Below are positions 38,598-47,202 of a stretch of DNA of 64,000 bases, in pieces. Each line of letters opens with the position of its first letter. Positions within the stretch are counted from its first letter, which is position 1. The notes below the pieces were generated by a model. That model did not search any database and was not told where the DNA came from. It saw only the letters and a list, made by a program, of their open reading frames with translations. Source of the DNA: an uncultured Pseudomonadota bacterium (lineage in GTDB: Bacteria > Pseudomonadota > Gammaproteobacteria > Steroidobacterales > Steroidobacteraceae); contig CAIOHZ010000223.1 in NCBI GenBank assembly GCA_903858165.1, positions 25,184 to 89,183 of the forward strand. Reading direction: 5' to 3'. A program made the translations under genes and the position numbers.

Positions 38598-40870
38598 TAG
38601 AAGTTGACCCTTACCTGAAACCCGATGGTGCGCGGACGGTTGCGAGTAATGCGCTCAGTTACCGCCGCATTGTCGACCAGCACGATCGCGCGCTTGTCCG
38701 CCACGTTATCCACGAACAAGGTCGCGCTCCATTGTTCCTTTTCAATACCCAACCGCAGGTTCAACAGGCTATACGCCGGCGGCGTGAAGTAGCTCGGCAG
38801 TCTGTTCGCCCTACTCAGTGCGTTAAAGGTCGTGGTGCTGCCGCCGGTATGGCTCACATCCACACGAGCAAACGCGCTTAGATCAGCGATCGACAAGGGC
38901 ACCGTATATTGCGCAAATGCCGACAGATTGACGTCCGGAACACCCGGCAGCCGGTCTCCCTTGAACCCGGGGTTGGTGTCACCGGACGCGGTCGGTGTGT
39001 CTTCCGTCAATTGGCCATCGTTATAGCCCAAATTAAAGCCCAATTCGAGCGCGGGCACGGGACGGACAAGTAACTCGAGTTCACCCCCCAGGATCCGCGC
39101 ACGGCCAGCGTTGACGGTCGCTCGCGCTGTGCCTAAGGGCACAGACAACTGGATGTCCGACCATTTGATGTAATACAGCGCCGAAGTAACGCTCAGTCGG
39201 TTTTCAAACGCTGAAAACCGCGTGCCAAACTCGTAGTTCCACAGCGTGTCGGACTGGTAGGCAATCTCGCTATCCAGGATCCCCGGTGTGGTGTTGGTGC
39301 CGCCTGCGCGAAACCCTTGAGAGGCGGTTGCCCACAACAGCAGGTGATCGCGTGGGGCATAACTGAGGCTGAACTTCGGGATGACATTGGCCTCACTCGC
39401 TTTGCGGACACCATCGGTCAGACCAAGGCCAAGGAAGTTCGGGCCGTTGTTGACCAAGGTATCCTTTTGCTTGATATCAAAGTATCGCAGCCCGACCGTA
39501 GCTTTGAGTTTTTCGGTCAGGGCGTAATTGACTTCACCGAATACCGCATACTGAGTTTCCTCGCTCCTGCCAGTTTGATCCAGCAGTTGCCGCGGATCCG
39601 TCGCCGGCACACCGAAGAAATTGGCGACCGCTAGAAACGCGGAGGACTTGTCTTGGAGAATCTGATCAAAGCCGTTGTTTTTACGCACAAAGAAGCCACC
39701 GAGGATCCACTCCAGCTTGCCTTGGCTCGTCGACGTGAGCCGAATTTCTTGGCTGACGATGTTTTGACGATCGATGTCCTCGGTCGAACTGCCCGGCAGC
39801 CGCAACCCCGGTACGACACCCTCGCCTAGATCGTTAGTGTCGAACGCATGGCGAAGGGTTCGCTTGTAATAGGACGACGAGGACATCAACTCGGCGCCCT
39901 CAAGGGTGAACTTGACGGTCAGGTTGGCCAGGTCAAACTGGTCATTCACTTTCTCTGGAATGATCGTGTTCGTCATGAGATCGCCGACGCCAGCCACTTC
40001 GATATTGCGGTCGTTGGCCTTGGCCTGCTGCGTGAGCAGGTTGAGCTGAACCTCCGTGTGGTCGTTCGGCAACCAACGCACGGCGGCTCGACCCGCCGTG
40101 ACTTCCTCTCCATTAATGTCTTTCTGGCCAGCCAACGGACCGGTGTTGACAATGGGCACAGTGCCCGCAGCTAGCCCAAAGAGCGCATTCAGATCCAGGC
40201 TGACGCCACCAGGACGCGCAATGCGGTCAATATAGCCGGCGCTCGAATGCCTCAGCGCCGTCAGGCGCAGCGCGAGCACATTTTCGACCAGCGGGAGATT
40301 CAGCATCCCGTTCAACTGGTAACCGTCGCCACCATTCTCCGTCACCGAATAACTCGTATCGACCTTCGCGTGGAAGCCCGTCACGTCCGGTGGGGTGGAA
40401 ATCATCCTGAGCGTGCCGCCGATGGACCCTTCTCCGTACAGGGTTCCCTGCGGGCCACGCAGTACCTCCACACGTTGCAGGTCAAACAACTGGGGGTCCG
40501 GCTGGAAGTTGCCAAAACTCACTGGCATTTCATCGAGATAGACACCGACGCTGGCAGCGCCCTGTGTCGCCAGACCTGATGAGATGCCGCGGATGGAATA
40601 CTGTCGCATGCCGATACCGCGATCGACGACCGCAAAATTTGGAACCTGACGGTAGTAGTCATTGATCTGGCTGGCGCCTATCTGCTCCAAAGACTCGCCC
40701 GTGATGGCCTGCATCGATAACGGCACATCTGCCAGCGACACCGACCGCTTAGTCGCCGTCACTACGATTTCCTCCAGCTCCGTTGGAGGTCGCTGGGCGT
40801 TGGCGACCGACGCCACAGCCATGGTTAATACCGTAAACACTTGCAGTTTCAGCGAATGCGAATATTGCAC
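38597..40870 (-). CDS. TonB-dependent outer-membrane receptor
   Basis: Signal peptide ...SVANAQ, plug start EEIVVTATKR, RVEVLRGPQGTLYGEGSIGG, and a C-terminal ...FQVRVNF aromatic residue. GTG start with GGGGAG-N9. Confidence 0.92.
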   Translation of the reverse strand: MQYSHSLKLQVFTVLTMAVASVANAQRPPTELEEIVVTATKRSVSLADVPLSMQAITGESLEQIGASQINDYYRQVPNFAVVDRGIGMRQYSIRGISSGLATQGAASVGVYLDEMPVSFGNFQPDPQLFDLQRVEVLRGPQGTLYGEGSIGGTLRMISTPPDVTGFHAKVDTSYSVTENGGDGYQLNGMLNLPLVENVLALRLTALRHSSAGYIDRIARPGGVSLDLNALFGLAAGTVPIVNTGPLAGQKDINGEEVTAGRAAVRWLPNDHTEVQLNLLTQQAKANDRNIEVAGVGDLMTNTIIPEKVNDQFDLANLTVKFTLEGAELMSSSSYYKRTLRHAFDTNDLGEGVVPGLRLPGSSTEDIDRQNIVSQEIRLTSTSQGKLEWILGGFFVRKNNGFDQILQDKSSAFLAVANFFGVPATDPRQLLDQTGRSEETQYAVFGEVNYALTEKLKATVGLRYFDIKQKDTLVNNGPNFLGLGLTDGVRKASEANVIPKFSLSYAPRDHLLLWATASQGFRAGGTNTTPGILDSEIAYQSDTLWNYEFGTRFSAFENRLSVTSALYYIKWSDIQLSVPLGTARATVNAGRARILGGELELLVRPVPALELGFNLGYNDGQLTEDTPTASGDTNPGFKGDRLPGVPDVNLSAFAQYTVPLSIADLSAFARVDVSHTGGSTTTFNALSRANRLPSYFTPPAYSLLNLRLGIEKEQWSATLFVDNVADKRAIVLVDNAAVTERITRNRPRTIGFQVRVNF

Positions 40871-40946
40871 AGACTACTCCCCTAATTTACTAAACCGGTG
40901 AGGCGGTGGTCGCCACTCTGTTGCGTCTTCTCGCGCGACTGTTACA

Positions 40947-40966
40947 AAATGACCATACGGTCATTT
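40947..40966. promoter_or_regulatory. Perfect palindrome AAATGACC-ATAC-GGTCATTT (candidate operator just downstream of the putative TBDR promoter)
   Basis: 8-bp arms with a 4-nt spacer. It lies 5 nt downstream of a possible TTTACA-N18-TAGCAT promoter on the minus strand (40972-41001). Confidence 0.5.
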
Positions 40967-41055
40967 CTGCCATGCTATTCCTACTTTGGTTGCTTTGTAA
41001 ATAAGCTTTTTGACCATTACTTCGGCCTGCCAATCTGGCATCGCCGGTCTAACGG

Positions 41056-41071
41056 ATGACTGAAGAGTCAT
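41056..41071. promoter_or_regulatory. Perfect palindrome ATGACT-GAAG-AGTCAT (second candidate operator, upstream of the S12 genes)
   Basis: It has the same ATGAC(Y)-N4-(R)GTCAT architecture as 40947-40966. TTTTGACC half-site-like copies occur at 41007-41014 and 41071-41078. Confidence 0.45.
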
Positions 41072-41079
41072 TTTGACCT

Positions 41080-41487
41080 ATGATCCGGGCATTACAGTCT
41101 CTGCTCGGACGGGCAGTCTCCATGCGCAATCGCTCGTCGAAAGTGTTCGGTCCGGTCATTGCCCTGTTACTGGCCGGCGCTCTCACCTGCCCCCCATCGC
41201 CCGCCAGGGCAGACCCGCTCGACGCGCAGGAAGTCGAAGCTTCGGCAGACGCCACGTTCGACGGTGCCTTTGCTGCCCATCGGTTTTCGGGCCTAGTGAT
41301 CTCGGTCGTACAGAACGATCGGGTGCTCTTCACCAAAGGGTATGGGTTTGCCGATTACGCGGCGCGGACGTCGGGAACGCTGTCGGTCTATTCCAACTAT
41401 GAGATCGGGCTGTTAGGACAACTTGCTAGGTCTGCATTTACCGCACAGCGGTTAGAGGCGTATCACGTGGAGGAGACAGCACCATGA
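41080..41487 (+). pseudogene. N-terminal fragment of a beta-lactamase-fold (S12) serine hydrolase, lacking SxxK
   Basis: Signal-like VFGPVIALLLAGAL plus FSGLVISVVQNDRVLFTKGYGFAD parallels PGLAIVIVENDQILLAKGYG of the next gene. Similarity ends before the SxxK motif. Its stop overlaps the next start (ATGA). Confidence 0.45.
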
Positions 41488-43016
41488 AGAAATCCGTTGG
41501 CCTCTGGGCACTGCTCGGCGTACTGCTCAGTACCGTGGCTGTAGCTCAAGACTCACGATTGGCTGATCTTGATACCTTGATTGAGTCCGTGATGAAGGAC
41601 GGGAACGTGCCCGGACTGGCGATCGTGATCGTAGAGAACGATCAGATTTTACTGGCCAAGGGCTATGGCAACCGTCGACGCGGCGAACCCTCCCCCGTCG
41701 ACGCGCACACCTTGTTCGGCATTGCCTCCATGACCAAGGCCTTTACAGCCTCCGCCATTGGAATCCTCGTGGATCGCGGCGCCGTGCGTTTGGATGAGCC
41801 AATGGCAACGGCCTTGCCAGGATTCCAACTGGCCGACTCCTATGTTGGGAGCTACGCCACCGTACGGGATGCACTCGCCCACCGAACCGGCGCCGCTGCC
41901 GAGGACCTGCTGTGGTACACGAACCCCCAAGCGAGCGCAGCAACGCTCATTGCTAGCATGGCAGCACTCCCGCAGGAAGCCCCCCTACGGGAGCAGTTCA
42001 TTTACAACAACCTGATGTACGTCGTGGCCGGCGCCATCATCCCGGAGAAGACGGGCAAGAGCTGGGAAGCGTTTGTGTCCTCCGAATTACTGGCGCCCAT
42101 CGGCATGAGCGACACGTCAGTGCAGCTGAATGACCTTCACCGCCAAGGTAACATCGCCATCCCTTATATCCGCGCCGGCGCAGACCTGCTGGAGGTCCCG
42201 CACTATGCGTACCAGAACACCGCGCCCTCTGGCGGCATTTATTCCTCCGCAGCGGACTTGGGACGCTGGATTCGATTTCTGCTGAATGGCGGCGCGATCG
42301 ACGGCAAAAAAATCCTCAGCGCAGACTTCCTAGCAGAAGCCATGCGACCCCAAACGCTCATCAGGCACGAACGCCAAGTCGACGATCTGGCGTTTCCGAA
42401 TGCCAATTTCGTGGCTTATGGCCTCGGGTGGTTCATCAGTGATTATGAGGGGCAGAAAGTCCTCAGTCATTCAGGCGGCATTGATGGAATGGCCTCATTC
42501 ATCGCTTTAATCCCTGATCGGAAATTTGGAATCGCCATCCTCGAGAATGTCGAGTCGGATAGGGCGCGCATGGCCATTCGAAATTTTATCTTTGACCGCG
42601 TGTTGTCGCGTGCGAATCGGGATTGGGGGAAACGCTATGCGGCGTGGCTCACGAAAGCGAAACTTAACGTCGAAGATTCTCCGCAACCCGCAGCAGCGAG
42701 CGCGCAGAGCGATAGCGGCAGCGCCAGAACGCTCGCGCAGTACGCGGGAACCTACGCCAATCCGCTGCTGGGCAGCGCCAGGGTCCGCAGCACCGCGGAT
42801 GGCGTACTGACTTGTCAGTTGGGTACATTGGCGGCCATGCCACTAACGCTGCTCGACCACGACCGCTTTCAACTCACCTGGCCAGCCATGAACCTGAACG
42901 TTCAGGGAACCACTCTGGTGACTTTCAAGTTCGACGCCGCGGCCAAGCCCATCAGCTTCCAGATTGCCGGGCCCATGCTCGAGCGCGAGACGGTGTATTA
43001 TGTAGCGGTCGATTGA
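41484..43016 (+). CDS. secreted beta-lactamase-fold serine hydrolase (peptidase S12 / D-aminopeptidase-like) with extra C-terminal domain
   Basis: Signal peptide ...TVAVAQD, SxxK = IASMTKAF, a YxN-like region (FIYNNLMY), and HSGGIDG as the KTG/HxG equivalent. Strong SD GGAGGAG. Confidence 0.85.
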   Translation: MKKSVGLWALLGVLLSTVAVAQDSRLADLDTLIESVMKDGNVPGLAIVIVENDQILLAKGYGNRRRGEPSPVDAHTLFGIASMTKAFTASAIGILVDRGAVRLDEPMATALPGFQLADSYVGSYATVRDALAHRTGAAAEDLLWYTNPQASAATLIASMAALPQEAPLREQFIYNNLMYVVAGAIIPEKTGKSWEAFVSSELLAPIGMSDTSVQLNDLHRQGNIAIPYIRAGADLLEVPHYAYQNTAPSGGIYSSAADLGRWIRFLLNGGAIDGKKILSADFLAEAMRPQTLIRHERQVDDLAFPNANFVAYGLGWFISDYEGQKVLSHSGGIDGMASFIALIPDRKFGIAILENVESDRARMAIRNFIFDRVLSRANRDWGKRYAAWLTKAKLNVEDSPQPAAASAQSDSGSARTLAQYAGTYANPLLGSARVRSTADGVLTCQLGTLAAMPLTLLDHDRFQLTWPAMNLNVQGTTLVTFKFDAAAKPISFQIAGPMLERETVYYVAVD

Positions 43017-43038
43017 GTGGATTCTCGATATACTCAGC

Positions 43039-43065
43039 ATCGTCTGCTGTTGAATAGCAGATGAT
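43039..43065. promoter_or_regulatory. Imperfect inverted repeat ATCGTCTGCT-N7-AGCAGATGAT between the S12 gene and tetR
   Basis: 9/10 complementary arms. It could be a terminator for the S12 gene or a TetR auto-operator. Confidence 0.35.
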
Positions 43066-43088
43066 CAGAACTCATCAGCCTGATTACC

Positions 43089-43820
43089 ATGTCCTTGATT
43101 ATTAATTTCGCGGGGTACCTGCAAGGCAAAATGACGGCCCGTAGCACAACGGGACCGGTAGCCTCTGCACTCAAGCTCGAAATTGCTGCCATCTCGCTAC
43201 TCGAGAGTCCCGGCTTTCATGCCATGACGATTGAGGAAATCTGCACCAAAGCGAAGTTGGCGAAGGGCACCTTCTACCTGCACTTCGATTCCAAACAAGC
43301 GATTACGCTGTCGATTTTGGCGGATTTTGTGAAATTACAGGCGCGGCTGGCGCCGGTCATCGAGCGCGACCAACACTTGTTCGAAAATCTCCGGACGTTT
43401 GTTGGGTGGGTAGCCGCCGTATTCCAGGAAAACATCGGCTTGCAACGCAGCCTGACGCAACTCGCGGACACCATCCCGGAGGTTGCCGCCATCTGGGAGC
43501 GCCACACGATGTTTTTAGCAAACCACGTGCGTGCGATGATCGAGCATGAGTTGCAGACCAAGAAAGTGGGCGATGATCTGATCGGTCTGACTATTTACCT
43601 CGTCGGCAATATGCTCGACCAGTTGCTCTATGCGACACAAGCGGTGCATCGTCAGTCGGATCTTGAACGCCTTGCTGGATCCGCCGAGCACGCAGTGGAA
43701 GTGGTCTCGTTGCTTTGGTACCGCGCCCTATGCGCCGAAAACCCTCCCGCGCATTTCCTCCAGTCTTCGGCACCCCTGTTGGCGTTAAAGCGCAAGGTGG
43801 CTGGGACGGTGGAGTCTTAA
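43089..43820 (+). CDS. TetR/AcrR-family transcriptional regulator
   Basis: HTH region FHAMTIEEICTKAKLAKGTFYLHFDSKQAI. ATG 43131 is an alternative start. Confidence 0.85.
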   Translation: MSLIINFAGYLQGKMTARSTTGPVASALKLEIAAISLLESPGFHAMTIEEICTKAKLAKGTFYLHFDSKQAITLSILADFVKLQARLAPVIERDQHLFENLRTFVGWVAAVFQENIGLQRSLTQLADTIPEVAAIWERHTMFLANHVRAMIEHELQTKKVGDDLIGLTIYLVGNMLDQLLYATQAVHRQSDLERLAGSAEHAVEVVSLLWYRALCAENPPAHFLQSSAPLLALKRKVAGTVES

Positions 43821-43869
43821 GCACTGCGGAGCCCGCAGGGTCGACTAGGCGAAACGTGGTGCCGGCGGC

Positions 43870-45408
43870 TCAGACTGGTATCCACAGCGCCGGCAGTGCC
43901 GGCAGGGTGCGCAAGATGTGGGCCAGTTCACCACCGCGCACCAGGCTGCTGGCAGCTTCAATGTCGGGCGCCAGATAACGGTCTTCCATCATGCTGGGGC
44001 ACTGTGCGCGCAACAAGGCGTGCACCTGTTCCAGCGCAGGTGAGCTTTGCAGCGGCCGCAGGAAGTCGATGCCCTGCGCCGCAGCCAGCAGTTCAATGCT
44101 CAGGATGTACGCCACGTTGGCGATCATGGCCTGCAGCCGGCGTGCGGCGAAGGTGGCCATGCTGACGTGGTCTTCCTGGTTGGCGCTGGTGGGCAGGCTG
44201 TCCACGCTGGCCGGGTGTGCCAGGCTTTTGTTCTCGCTGGCCAGTGCAGCGGCCGTCACGTGCGCGATCATGAAACCGCTGTTCAGGCCGGCGTTGGGCG
44301 TCAGGAAGGGCGGCAGGCGCGAGACGCCGCTGTCAATCAGCATCGCAATGCGCCGCTCGGCGATGGCGCCCACTTCGGCAATGGCGCAGGCCATGGCGTC
44401 GGCCGCCAGCGCCACGGGCTCGGCGTGGAAGTTGCCGCCGGAAATCATGGCGCCGTCCTCAGCAAAGACCAGTGGGTTATCGGTGACCGCATTGGCTTCG
44501 CGTAGCAACACCAGTGCGGCGTGCCGCAGCTGATCTAGGCAGGCGCCCACCACCTGCGGTTGGCAGCGCAGGCAATAAGGGTCTTGTACCCGGTCGTCGC
44601 CTTCTTCGTGGCTGGCGCGAATGGCGCTGCCTTGCAGCAAGGCGCGGTAGTACTGGGCCACGTCGATCTGGCCAGGCTGGCCACGCAGCGCGTGGATGCG
44701 CGGATCAAACGGGCCGTCGCTGCCGCGTGCGGCGTCCACCGTCAACGCACCTATGACCAAGGCCGACTCCAGCACCGGCTCAAAACTGAACAGCGCATGC
44801 AGCGCCAGCGCGGTGCTGGTCTGCGTGCCGTTGATCAACGCCAAGCCCTCTTTGGCTTGCAGCTGCAGGGGCGCAATCTTCTTGGCCAGCAGCGCTGCCG
44901 CAGCGGGCTGGCGTTGGCCGTCCACCAAGAAGTCCCCTTCGCCCAGCAGTGCCAAGGTCAGGTGTGACAAGGGCGCTAGGTCGCCGCTGGCTCCCACCGA
45001 GCCTTGCGAGGGCACATAGGGAATGAGCCCGGCGTTGTGCACCGCCAGCAGCGTGTCGATAACCACCGGCCGCACCCCACTGTGCCCACGCGCCAGGCTG
45101 GCGGCCTTGATGGCCAGCATCAAGCGCACCACAGCCGGTGCCAGAGGCTCGCCCACGCCCACGCTGTGGCTGCGGATGAGGTTGAGCTGCAGCGTGGCCA
45201 GGTCAGTTTCACTGATGCGCGTGCTGGCCAGCTTGCCAAAGCCGGTATTAACACCGTAGACCGGCACGGACCCTTCGGCCGCACGGCGTACCACGGCGGC
45301 ACTGGCCTCGATGCCGGGCAGGGCCTGCGGGTCCATCACCAAAGATTCACACCCCGCGTGGATGGCGTGCAGCTCGTCCAGCGTGATGTGGGCGGGGCGC
45401 AGCAGCAT
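43870..45408 (-). CDS. hutH: histidine ammonia-lyase
   Basis: Trimmed to ATG 45408, which overlaps the hutU stop (TGATG). MIO-forming [14 protein letters not shown] and [11 protein letters not shown] motifs. Confidence 0.95.
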   Translation of the reverse strand: MLLRPAHITLDELHAIHAGCESLVMDPQALPGIEASAAVVRRAAEGSVPVYGVNTGFGKLASTRISETDLATLQLNLIRSHSVGVGEPLAPAVVRLMLAIKAASLARGHSGVRPVVIDTLLAVHNAGLIPYVPSQGSVGASGDLAPLSHLTLALLGEGDFLVDGQRQPAAAALLAKKIAPLQLQAKEGLALINGTQTSTALALHALFSFEPVLESALVIGALTVDAARGSDGPFDPRIHALRGQPGQIDVAQYYRALLQGSAIRASHEEGDDRVQDPYCLRCQPQVVGACLDQLRHAALVLLREANAVTDNPLVFAEDGAMISGGNFHAEPVALAADAMACAIAEVGAIAERRIAMLIDSGVSRLPPFLTPNAGLNSGFMIAHVTAAALASENKSLAHPASVDSLPTSANQEDHVSMATFAARRLQAMIANVAYILSIELLAAAQGIDFLRPLQSSPALEQVHALLRAQCPSMMEDRYLAPDIEAASSLVRGGELAHILRTLPALPALWIPV

Positions 45409-47132
45409 CAGGCGATCTTTCCAGCGTGGCCGCGGTGGATCATGGGCAGGTTCAGGCCTTGCTCCTGCGCGCAAGCCACGGCGACGTCGTAGCCGGCATC
45501 GGCATGGCGCATCACGCCCGTGCCAGGGTCGTTCCACAGCACACGTTCAATACGCCGGGCGGCCTCAGCGGTGCCGTCACACACGATCACCACGCCGCTG
45601 TGCTGGCTGTAGCCCATGCCCACACCACCGCCGTGGTGCAAACTGACCCAGGTGGCGCCGCTGGCGGTGTTGAGCAAGGCGTTGAGCAAGGGCCAGTCGC
45701 TGACGGCGTCGCTGCCATCCCGCATGCTTTCGGTTTCGCGGTTGGGGCTGGCCACGCTGCCGCTGTCTAGGTGGTCGCGGCCGATGACGATGGGGGCCTT
45801 GAGCTCGCCGCTCTTGACCATTTCATTGAACGCCAGGCCCGCGCGGTGGCGCTCGCCCAGGCCGATCCAGCAGATGCGTGCAGGCAGGCCTTGGAAGGCG
45901 ATGCGCTCACCGGCCATGTCGAGCCAGCGGTGCAGGGGCGCATCGGCCGGGAACAGCTCTTTCATCTTGGCGTCGGTCTTGCGGATGTCTTCCGGGTCGC
46001 CACTGAGTGCCACCCAGCGGAAAGGGCCCTTGCCGCGGCAAAACAGCGGCCGCACATAGGCGGGCACAAAACCGGGAAAGTTGAAGGCGTTTTTCACGCC
46101 GGCGTCAAACGCCACCTGACGGATATTGTTGCCGTAGTCCACCGTGGGCACCCCCGCGGCCTGGAAGTCGAGCATGGCCTGCACGTGCACCGCGCAGCTC
46201 TGAGCAGCGGCCTGACGCAGTTCCGCGTGCTGGCTGGTGTCGGCCTGCGCCGCACGCCAACGCGCCACGGACCAGCCAGCGGGCAGGTAGCCGTTGACCA
46301 GGTCGTGGGCACTGGTCTGGTCGGTGACGAAGTCGGGCCGCACACCACGGCGCACCATCTCGGGCAACAGTTCAGCCGCGTTGCCCAGCAGCGCGATGCT
46401 AATGGCTTGTTTGTCGGCAGTGTAACGCTGAAGGCGGGCCAGGGCGTCGTCCAGGCTGGTGGCTTGTTCGTCCACGTACTTGCTGCGCAGGCGAAAGTCG
46501 ATACGGCTTTGCTGGCACTCGATGTTCAGGCTGCAGGCACCGGCAAAGGTGGCAGCCAGGGGCTGTGCGCCACCCATGCCGCCCAGGCCGGCGGTGAGCA
46601 CCCAGCGCCCCGCCCAGCTGCCGTGGTAGTGCTGCTTGCCGGCCTCGACCAAGGTCTCAAACGTGCCCTGCACAATGCCCTGGCTGCCGATGTAGATCCA
46701 GCTGCCGGCCGTCATCTGGCCGTACATCATCAAGCCCTTGCGGTCCAGCTCGCTGAAGTGTTCCCAGGTGGCCCACTTGGGCACCAGGTTGCTGTTGGCC
46801 AGCAGGACACGCGGCGCGCCTTCGTGGGTGCGGAACACGCCCACCGGCTTGCCGCTTTGGATGAGCAGGGTCTCGTCGGGCCGCAGGCGACGCAGGGACT
46901 CGAGGATGGCCTCATAACATTCCCAATTGCGCGCCGCCTTGCCGATGCCGCCGTAGACCACCAGTGCGTCGGGGTTTTCGGCAACTTCGGGGTCGAGGTT
47001 GTTTTGCAGCATACGGTAGGCCGCTTCGATCAGCCAGTTGGCACAGGTGAGGGTGCTGCCACGCGGTGCGCGCACGGGGTGCGGCTGGGCCGGCGTCTTG
47101 GCCAGTGGGCGAATGGCGGAGTGATCGGTCAT
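45408..47132 (-). CDS. hutU: urocanate hydratase
   Basis: 574 aa with [32 protein letters not shown] and [12 protein letters not shown] motifs. Confidence 0.96.
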   Translation of the reverse strand: MTDHSAIRPLAKTPAQPHPVRAPRGSTLTCANWLIEAAYRMLQNNLDPEVAENPDALVVYGGIGKAARNWECYEAILESLRRLRPDETLLIQSGKPVGVFRTHEGAPRVLLANSNLVPKWATWEHFSELDRKGLMMYGQMTAGSWIYIGSQGIVQGTFETLVEAGKQHYHGSWAGRWVLTAGLGGMGGAQPLAATFAGACSLNIECQQSRIDFRLRSKYVDEQATSLDDALARLQRYTADKQAISIALLGNAAELLPEMVRRGVRPDFVTDQTSAHDLVNGYLPAGWSVARWRAAQADTSQHAELRQAAAQSCAVHVQAMLDFQAAGVPTVDYGNNIRQVAFDAGVKNAFNFPGFVPAYVRPLFCRGKGPFRWVALSGDPEDIRKTDAKMKELFPADAPLHRWLDMAGERIAFQGLPARICWIGLGERHRAGLAFNEMVKSGELKAPIVIGRDHLDSGSVASPNRETESMRDGSDAVSDWPLLNALLNTASGATWVSLHHGGGVGMGYSQHSGVVIVCDGTAEAARRIERVLWNDPGTGVMRHADAGYDVAVACAQEQGLNLPMIHRGHAGKIA

Positions 47133-47165
47133 GAGGTGTTCTCAGGGATTTCAGGGCTTGACTCT

Positions 47166-47181
47166 ACTTGTCTAGACAACT
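47166..47181. promoter_or_regulatory. HutC/GntR-type operator ACTTGTCTAGACAACT in the hutU-hutC divergent region
   Basis: Perfect 12-bp palindrome TTGTCTAGACAA (47168-47179). It matches the GT-N-TA-N-AC core typical of HutC/FarR-subfamily operators. Confidence 0.65.
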
Positions 47182-47202
47182 CTATGCAAGTAGCATAGTC
47201 GG

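Larger units (their letters stand above)
27613..43869. other. Lower-GC accessory block adjacent to ssrA (possible ancient genomic island with no integrase)
   Basis: Hand-counted 60-nt lines inside the block give 31/60 (28021), 20/60 (36661) and 29/60 (39421) G+C. Flanking lines give 39/60 (10081) and 38/60 (46021). The gene content is accessory and catabolic, and the block starts at the ssrA 3' end. Confidence 0.45.

Noticed and set aside
40871-41060. Possible riboswitch (for example cobalamin) in the 5' leader of the TonB-dependent receptor.
   Set aside because: The leader is short and AT-rich, lacks a B12-box-like element or extended conserved stems, and is dominated by protein-operator-like palindromes.
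43824-43838. CTGCGG-AGC-CCGCAG hairpin between tetR and hutH, considered as a terminator or island junction.
   Set aside because: The stem is only 6 bp with a 3-nt loop and no T-tract, which is too weak to call.
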